The position numbers were made by a program, and so were the translations under genes. A stretch of DNA of 32,000 nucleotides, taken from positions 53,093-85,092 of the forward strand of contig NC_013968.1 in NCBI RefSeq assembly GCF_000025685.1, given 5' to 3'. Shown piece after piece: positions 26,691 to 32,000 of the stretch. Every line of letters starts with the position of its first letter. Position 1 is the first letter of the stretch. The notes under the pieces were generated by a model that was not told the DNA's origin, ran no database searches, and saw only the letters and a list, made by a program, of their open reading frames with translations. The stretch comes from Haloferax volcanii DS2. Its GTDB lineage: Archaea; Halobacteriota; Halobacteria; Halobacteriales; Haloferacaceae.

Positions 26691-27844
26691 TAGTGCCTAG
26701 CGTAACTTTTGAAGATAGTTACCGAGGTGATTGTCAATCCAAGAAGCTGCGAAGCTCAGCTTGGTAGTGAGTTGCTCAAAGAGCCTGGTGAGGAGAGCGC
26801 GGTATTCTGCCGCGCTCTCCACAATCAGCGGCGAGGCTTCCCATTTAAGGCTCTTCCAGACCTGTTCGATTGGATTGAGATCGGGCGAGCCAACTGGGAG
26901 AAACACCAGATCAATCCCAAGTTGGTGTGCTCGCTTGCGCGTGTACTCACACACGTGCGACGAGAAGTTGTCCAACACGAGCAGAATCCGGCCGCCCGGA
27001 TTCTGCTCGCGGACTCCTTCGAGACATTCGCAAATCCGCTCTTTCTCTTGAGTGCTCGGAAACTGCAGCACACTCTCACCGGAGACCGCATAGAACCCGA
27101 CCGCTGGTTCGTCTAACTTCACCAGCGGTCGGGTGATGTGCGGATCATCCACGGTGTAGAGCCGCTGTGAGTTATCCCACGGTTGTGGATGAGATGTGTC
27201 GAGAAATCCAAGGACGGTCCCACCGTCCGTTCGGATTTCTTCGTCAACAACCCAGCCTTCGTCGTCATCTCCATCGCGTTTGTTGTGTGGCTCACCAGAC
27301 TCCTCGTCGAACGCGTCGGCGACGCGTTCGTCGAGAATCTCTTCGGCGTTTTCAGGCCGTGATGGACGCTTAGTCCGCGGAATTGCGTAGGAGAGACCGA
27401 GCTTTTCGAGGAAGGTACTCAGGTAGACCGGATGAAATTCGACGTCGAATTCTTGCTTGATAAGATGCTGTATTTCTTGTTTCTTCCAGGGCTGACCCTC
27501 ACGGAGAAGTTCCAAGAGATGCTGTTGTTGTTTTTCGTCGAGCTTCGGGGGCCTGCCGCCCCCGAAGTTCGGCATCAGAAGGCCGAGACCGCCTTTGTTC
27601 CATCGGCGTGCCCACCGAGTACCAGTAGCGGAGGACCTGCCGACGTCGTCGGCAGCGTCCTCCAAAGTTGCGCCCTTGTAAACTCGTTTGATGAAGATAA
27701 GCCGCTCAGTGAGTTTCTGGTCAGTAGACTCCATAAGGAGTCGGTCGAGATCGTCCTCACTGAGGTGACGGACGATCTCTTTGCGGCGATCTCCAGACAT
27801 ACTCACACATCAGATTCCAGCTTCATAACTTCCCCTAAGCACTA
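26691..27844 (-). mobile_element. IS630-family insertion sequence, complete copy C (~1.15 kb)
   Basis: Imperfect terminal repeats TAGTGCCTAGCG (left) and TAGTGCTTAGGG (reverse complement of the right end), each starting with TA. Confidence 0.8.
26697..27806 (-). CDS. IS630-family transposase (intact)
   Basis: 369 aa. It has an N-terminal HTH pair and a DDE core with DNFSSH ... NPIEQVW, typical of IS630/Tc1-type enzymes. Confidence 0.9.
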   Translation of the reverse strand: MSMSGDRRKEIVRHLSEDDLDRLLMESTDQKLTERLIFIKRVYKGATLEDAADDVGRSSATGTRWARRWNKGGLGLLMPNFGGGRPPKLDEKQQQHLLELLREGQPWKKQEIQHLIKQEFDVEFHPVYLSTFLEKLGLSYAIPRTKRPSRPENAEEILDERVADAFDEESGEPHNKRDGDDDEGWVVDEEIRTDGGTVLGFLDTSHPQPWDNSQRLYTVDDPHITRPLVKLDEPAVGFYAVSGESVLQFPSTQEKERICECLEGVREQNPGGRILLVLDNFSSHVCEYTRKRAHQLGIDLVFLPVGSPDLNPIEQVWKSLKWEASPLIVESAAEYRALLTRLFEQLTTKLSFAASWIDNHLGNYLQKLR

Positions 27845-27971
27845 CGCTCGCGCAACTCATCAGAGGGAAACGCTCTTTGAATCCGGTCAACTATGACCGA
27901 ATCCGGTGGGCTGTAGGTCATACTTCCCACCGGGTTCCTCAATCAGGTAGTTGCGACGATATCAAATCAAC

Positions 27972-28010
27972 AGACAGCAACTGGATTCTTCGTTAAACTA
28001 GAACGGATGG
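27972..28010. repeat. 39-bp repeat X, copy C
   Basis: Identical to 1-39, in the same orientation, 27971 bp away. Confidence 0.9.
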
Positions 28011-28178
28011 TTGTGGCACATTTGATTTTATCAACGACGCATTTCACGATGGGTTCACGAAGTTCTCGGTAGTTTCAACAAGGCAAGCAACAGCATTTGC
28101 TTTTTTGTCGTCCGGTTGGTGTCAAAGCTGTCTCTCGCAACGGTCGTCAAGGTCGAGAAATAAGTGAGTGGCGAACAC

Positions 28179-28733
28179 CTACTCGTCGATCATCTCGCGG
28201 AGACGTATCGTACGTTCGTTCAGCGTCTCCAACGCTTGAGAATGACCCTCAACTTCAGACTCTAACGCTGACGTTCTATCTTCCAAACTTGAAAGCCGGG
28301 ACACCACCTCATCAAGGTCCTCAACAACCATTGATAGCTGGTCCCCACCGTCGCTGTCCTGCTCGTCTGCGAGGTCGTCAACGCGGTCGTGCAGATGGCT
28401 GAGCGCCGTCGACAAGTCCGACACCTCGTGCCGTAGGTCAGCCACATCCCCCTCGGAAACGCCAACTCGTACTTCGGTCTGGTCGTCGAGGTCACGAGCG
28501 ACGCGCTCACCTTCGGCGGTCAGCGCATACACGTTCGCAGGAATCGGAGCGCCGACGTCCTCCTCACCCACCTTCTCAATCAGCCCCATCTCCGCCAGCG
28601 ACCGCGCCTGTTTGCCGAGGTTCGAGGTCGTCATCTCACCTATCGATCTCTTGATATTAGATGTATTTCCCCGCCCACCACGCTCGTCGAGAGCCGACAG
28701 AATTTCCCGCTGAGTTTCGTTCAACTGCTCCAT
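28179..28733 (-). CDS. Winged-helix DNA-binding protein with a long C-terminal coiled coil
   Basis: The ATG at 28733 is preferred over the GTG at 28754. The N-terminus is MarR/TrmB-like wHTH: LNETQREILSALDERGGRGNTSNIKRSIGEMTTSNLGKQARSLAEMGLIEKV. The C-terminal ~90 aa are a heptad-like acidic coiled coil (VADLRHEVSDLSTALSHLHDRVDDL... LEDRTSALESEVEGHSQALETLNERTIRLREMI). Confidence 0.7.
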   Translation of the reverse strand: MEQLNETQREILSALDERGGRGNTSNIKRSIGEMTTSNLGKQARSLAEMGLIEKVGEEDVGAPIPANVYALTAEGERVARDLDDQTEVRVGVSEGDVADLRHEVSDLSTALSHLHDRVDDLADEQDSDGGDQLSMVVEDLDEVVSRLSSLEDRTSALESEVEGHSQALETLNERTIRLREMIDE

Positions 28734-28789
28734 ATCCAACACGAAACACGCCACCTACAAAATCATATTCCCTATGGAACGCCTTACGG

Positions 28790-29340
28790 AACAAGCGGCG
28801 CGAGGAAACAATGGCCTATGCGAACCAAACCACGCCAAGCGGCGACCGGAGGGGCAGGCAGGCCGAGCGTACGAGAACGACCAGAGAGCGAGCGACGACG
28901 AGAGGCGACACCAGTCACATCACAAAACAGAGAAGACACCCGATAGAGCGACGATAAAGACACCGGGGGGAACGTCACGAACCCCCCGGCAGTGACGCGG
29001 TCAGCGTCACCATGACACCGGGCACGGCGACGAGACTGGGACGTCGCAATGAGGGGAGAAACAGCAGCCACGGCAGAAGCGACCACGTCGAAAACGACAC
29101 AGGACCGTGGCGGCGAAAGGAGTGACGACCAGGACAACGCCAGCGGCGACCGAAAAGTGAGCGAAACGCGACCAGAACTCTGAGCCCGCGAACAGCGACC
29201 AATGGCGACCACGTGACGAGCGACGACGACGACGGTGACGGGGGCGACCGTGATAGAGAACTCCGTCGACGACGATTTACAAAACGAACCAGCGGCCGAC
29301 ACCCTACGACAGTAACGACGTCGAGAGCTAACGTGGCGCC
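28790..29340. other. Strongly T-depleted (plus strand) non-coding tract
   Basis: By my count there are 37 T in 28801-29340 (540 nt, about 7%). GCGACC, GACGAC and GAGCGA motifs recur. A GC hairpin CCGGGGGG-11 nt-CCCCCCGG lies at 28963-28989. ORFs appear in many frames on both strands but none looks like a haloarchaeal protein. Confidence 0.7.
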
Positions 29341-29745
29341 ACAGAATGAGTGTGGACTGTGGTTCCGACGGCGGAACCCCAAGAGAAACGAGAGCGAAAC
29401 AGCGGTCCAGATGTTGGAGGCAATGACCGTGGGGACACCGGCCTGCAAATGCGAGGACGAGTATCCGGTGGTGGTGAGCGAGCAGCGACGAGAACTGGCC
29501 TCACAGCGCCGCCAGTCATCTTCCGAGACGTGAACAAAGATGGGCCTGCCAGCAATGCAAACGTACCTGAGTGCAACTGTGAGCGATGGCGAGTGAACTC
29601 CCGGCCTATCGACGCCGATATCTCGAGTTCGATGACGATCCCGATGCCGGAGAGGCGAAGACGGGGACTGCAGAAGCGACGCCCCAATTGGACATATACG
29701 CTCACATATATGTCCACATATACGTTGACGGTGAACGCGAAACGT

Positions 29746-29765
29746 GAGACGAGACGAGACGAGAC
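29746..29765 (+). repeat. (GAGAC)x4 pentanucleotide microsatellite
   Basis: GAGACGAGACGAGACGAGAC read directly. The palindrome GGACATATA-8 nt-TATATGTCC lies just upstream at 29690-29715. Confidence 0.85.
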
Positions 29766-29924
29766 GTGGAACCCCAGCTGTACGCCTCAACCATCAAGAC
29801 TGCTGGTGACGATGGCCGGTGAACTCCCGCTCCGAGGGAGCGAGCGGATATCCCAAGCGAGCGACTGAGCGCGGTGCGGTGTTTCTGACGACGAGGCCAG
29901 GCCTCCATGTGCTGCTTGTCGAAC

Positions 29925-30053
29925 TGGTGGGTGTCCGTGTGAGCGATGCCCGCGTGGTGTCTGGCCTGTCGACGACCGTCTGGTGTCCGTGTGAGCGATG
30001 CCCGCGTGGTGTCCGGCCTGTCGACGACCGTCTGGTGTCCGACCTGTCGATGG
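29925..30053 (+). repeat. Tandem direct repeat (56 + 52 + partial 21 bp) with a 26-bp sub-periodicity
   Basis: Unit 29981-30032 (TGGTGTCCGTGTGAGCGATGCCCGCGTGGTGTCCGGCCTGTCGACGACCGTC) repeats 29925-29980 with one substitution and a 4-nt insertion. (T/G)GGTGTC recurs at 29929, 29955, 29981, 30007 and 30033. Confidence 0.9.
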
Positions 30054-30227
30054 CAGGTTCAGAGTTCAACGTGCGGTGCTGTTGCGTACGGCAGTCGCTT
30101 TGGGGGTTCGCGCCGACTCGCACCAGTATCGGTCGGTTTGGCGAGTTTTGAACCGAATACGTCGCATATACACATTCGTATATCCGGGGTAAGTGGCCGC
30201 TGTCGTCAAAAAGGAGCGGTTAGAGGG

Positions 30228-30572
30228 CTATTCGCGCAGTTCGGTGACTCCGCCGTCGAACTCGTCGAGCGTGACCCACGACTTGCCGCGCCGGAGTTGC
30301 GTCAGGATGGTCGTCGTACCGTGGCCGTCGGCCATGAAGTGAGCCTGCTCGTCAGGGATGTGGACACGGAGGACGTAGTCGTTCCGGGGCGAGAGGCCGT
30401 TCGGTTCGTCGATGCGTCGGACGGTTCCGAGGACGGGGAAGCCGTCGCGGAACGCGCCGCCGCCTTCGACCATGTGAATGACGACCTCGTCGCCCGTGTC
30501 GGCGGGGGCGGCCTCGTGCGCTCGGTAGGCGCTCGGGTGTCGAGTCGGGTCGGGGTAGTCGCCCGCCATCAT
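30228..30572 (-). CDS. Hypothetical protein (operon gene 3)
   Basis: 114-aa acidic ORF. Its ATG overlaps the upstream stop (ATGA at 30569-30572). No motif recognised. Confidence 0.6.
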   Translation of the reverse strand: MMAGDYPDPTRHPSAYRAHEAAPADTGDEVVIHMVEGGGAFRDGFPVLGTVRRIDEPNGLSPRNDYVLRVHIPDEQAHFMADGHGTTTILTQLRRGKSWVTLDEFDGGVTELRE

Positions 30573-30763
30573 GCGTCACCTCCGACGTCGACGACAGGGT
30601 GGTCACGGGCGACTCGTGGCCCCTCGCGACAGCTGGCGCACCGCATCTGCGGGTAGTTCTTCCCGTCGCCGTCCTCGCTGACGTCGACCCACACTTTCAC
30701 GAGGTCGTCGCGTTCATCACCGCACGCATCGCATCGGCCCTGACGGTAGGGTGCGTCGCTCAT
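30569..30763 (-). CDS. Small zinc-ribbon protein (operon gene 2)
   Basis: MSDAPYRQGRCDACGDERDDLVKVWVDVSEDGDGKNYPQMRCASCREG has two CxxC pairs. The ATG at 30763 overlaps the stop of gene 1 (ATGA). The Arg-rich upstream extension to 30928 in the track is overprinted on gene 1 and is rejected. Confidence 0.6.
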   Translation of the reverse strand: MSDAPYRQGRCDACGDERDDLVKVWVDVSEDGDGKNYPQMRCASCREGPRVARDHPVVDVGGDA

Positions 30764-31200
30764 CGGTCCACCTCCGCAACGCTGACGCCGACCATCTCTG
30801 CGACGGCGCACATCTGCCCGAACAGGTCTTCGCTCGCGTCGCACGTCGCGTTGGCGTGGACGACCATCTCGGTGGCAATCTCGTCGTGAAGGTCGAACAC
30901 GTCGCGAGCGCCGCGTTGTCCCGCGCACTTCGCCGTCGCGACGTGGGCGACGATGAGGCGAGCGGCGAGATCAACACCGAGCGCAAAGTCGGTCGTGGTC
31001 GCGAGTCCCGCCGCATTCAGGGCACAGCGTTCGTGGTCGACGCGGGTGCGAAGCGTCTTGAACGCGCGATGCTCGTTGTGCGTGAGGTCGTCGGCGTGCA
31101 GCGAGAGGAACTCATCGACTGCGTGGAGGTGGTCGGTGAGGTCGTTCCGTTCTTCGCCGTGCAGTACGACGTGAGTCGAGCCGCTGTTGTCTGCTACCAT
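30760..31200 (-). CDS. Hypothetical His/Asp-rich protein (operon gene 1)
   Basis: 146 aa from the ATG at 31200; the track starts at the GTG at 31203. It is acidic and His-rich (HVVLHGEERNDLTDHLHAVDEFLSLHADDLTHNEH). No motif recognised. Confidence 0.6.
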   Translation of the reverse strand: MVADNSGSTHVVLHGEERNDLTDHLHAVDEFLSLHADDLTHNEHRAFKTLRTRVDHERCALNAAGLATTTDFALGVDLAARLIVAHVATAKCAGQRGARDVFDLHDEIATEMVVHANATCDASEDLFGQMCAVAEMVGVSVAEVDR

Positions 31201-31354
31201 CACGTCTACTACTTACATCCCCACACACTTAGTAATAACGCCATAGCGTAATTAGAGACGACAGATACAGTCGTTCTGCCGAACAGCGCACCAAAGACGC
31301 CACTCGTGAGGTCGGTAGAACGGTGCTGTTGACTCGCCTGCTCGGTTAATAACT

Positions 31355-31487
31355 CAGACACCACCGTGTCGAGTGTGTCGTGTGGTGGGGGAGTCGTGTC
31401 GAGTGGATGAGTCGATTGTCGTGGAAACCGCATGACGGCAGTCGGATTGGACGAACACCAACACACACACACCGCGTGTCGAGTGGC
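31355..31487 (-). repeat. Left arm: three copies of GTGTCGAGTG (the inverted orientation of the right-arm repeat)
   Basis: GTGTCGAGTG at 31366-31375, 31396-31405 and 31476-31485. The first copy sits in ACACCACCGTGTCGAGTGTGTCG, the reverse complement of the right-arm unit. A (CA)n run at 31459-31472 precedes the innermost copy. Confidence 0.8.
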
Positions 31488-31645
31488 TAGGGGGAAAACG
31501 GGGTCGGGGGTCTGACGAGAGTCTATATATCAGCAATACCTTTACATGACAGTAGATATAACAGTAACCGTACTGGGAACAAAACACGTATAATTACGGT
31601 TGTTGTAGTAGTGAATTATTAACAACCGAGCTTCCGCGTCGCGTG
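31488..31645. other. AT-rich core between the inverted repeat arrays (candidate unwinding element)
   Basis: 43 G+C in 31511-31630 (about 36%) against roughly 60% in the flanks. An 8-bp inverted repeat CGGTTGTT / AACAACCG is at 31597-31604 and 31621-31628. Confidence 0.55.
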
Positions 31646-32000
31646 GTTGACCCGACCCACTCGACATACGGTGTGTGTGTGTCCATTCCGACCGTGATTC
31701 CAACACTGTCTTGCGATCTTCACCTTTTTTCTGCCGACCCACTCGACACACCACCCGTGCCACTCGACACACTCGTCACGGCAGTCCCCTGCACTCGACG
31801 CACTCGACACGGTGGTGTGTCCATTCGACGCACTCGACACGGTGGTGTTCCCCTGCACTCGTCACACCCGACATGGTGGTGTCCTCACTCGACGCACTCG
31901 ACACGGTGGTGTAGGTATTCGACACACTCGACATGAGGGTGTCCACTTGACGCACTCGACACGGGGGACCGCCCACTAGACACACTCGACACGATGGTGT
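31646..32000 (+). repeat. Right arm: array of CACTCGAC(A/G)-type repeats, with at least 7 tandem ~30-35 bp units, truncated by the window end
   Basis: Exact CACTCGACAC at 31740, 31761, 31801, 31831, 31896, 31953 and 31983. CACTCGACAT variants at 31648 and 31926. CACTCGACG half-sites at 31792 and 31887. The unit consensus from 31792 onward is about C(A)CTCGACGCACTCGACACGGTGGTGT. Confidence 0.85.

Noticed and set aside
28784-30192. Numerous overlapping ORFs on both strands, for example 28975-29790 (271 aa), 28784-29302 (172 aa), 29350-29868 (172 aa), 29213-29533 and 29946-30656
   Set aside because: They are Arg/Ser/Pro-rich, strongly basic and mutually overlapping, unlike acidic haloarchaeal proteins. 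The early ones are explained by stop-codon scarcity in the T-depleted tract. 29946-30656 and 29998-30192 start inside the 52-bp tandem repeat and run antisense to a better gene.
30764-30928. Arg-rich N-terminal extension of the zinc-ribbon ORF
   Set aside because: It is overprinted on the 3' end of the upstream gene in another frame. The ATG at 30763 forms a classic ATGA overlap and gives a compact zinc-ribbon protein.
31209-31985. ORFs encoding repetitive peptides (HSTHSTRWC..., LDTPPVPLDT..., TTVSSAS...)
   Set aside because: They are direct translations of the CACTCGACAC repeat array in several frames and on both strands, with no start context or plausible composition.
31646-32000. Possible CRISPR array
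   Set aside because: The units are ~30-35 bp and contiguous, with no unique spacers. The repeats are degenerate, an inverted set lies across an AT-rich core, and no cas genes are present in the window.

Overview
The window looks like an accessory, IS-saturated segment of a haloarchaeal (class Halobacteria) replicon. Evidence is acidic proteins, Tat lipoprotein signals, an Orc1/Cdc6 gene with ORB-like boxes, and ISH3-, ISH8-, IS6-, IS1595-, IS5- and IS630-type elements. All family calls come from reading motifs by eye; no database search was possible. Layout: (1) 1-3100 is an AT-rich island with IS debris and small secreted or membrane ORFs. (2) 3143-4796 holds orc1/cdc6 with five ORB-like boxes and an AT-rich stretch, a probable replication origin, followed by about 900 bp without ORFs that carries a 5-copy short repeat. 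(3) 6.1-10.4 kb holds two IS1595-type elements, a decayed IS6, a MITE-like element and an RHH/RelE toxin-antitoxin pair whose toxin is frameshifted. (4) 10.6-25.9 kb is a catabolic/transport cluster: two FAD amine-oxidase-like enzymes, a Gfo/Idh/MocA oxidoreductase, an IclR regulator and a peptide/opine-type ABC transporter with a fused ATPase. It is interrupted by an IS5-like element and by an ISH3 nested in the terminal repeat of an IS4/ISH8-type element. (5) 26.0-27.8 kb is a stack of three IS630-type 3' ends. (6) 28.0-32.0 kb is the most unusual part. It contains a wHTH/coiled-coil gene, then about 1.4 kb of apparently non-coding DNA that is repeat-rich throughout and strongly T-depleted in its first ~550 nt. 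A three-gene ATGA-coupled operon of unknown function follows. Last is an AT-rich core flanked by inverted arrays of a CACTCGACAC-type repeat that runs off the window end, a candidate second iteron-type origin or centromere. An exact 39-bp direct repeat (1-39 and 27972-28010) brackets the first 28 kb.
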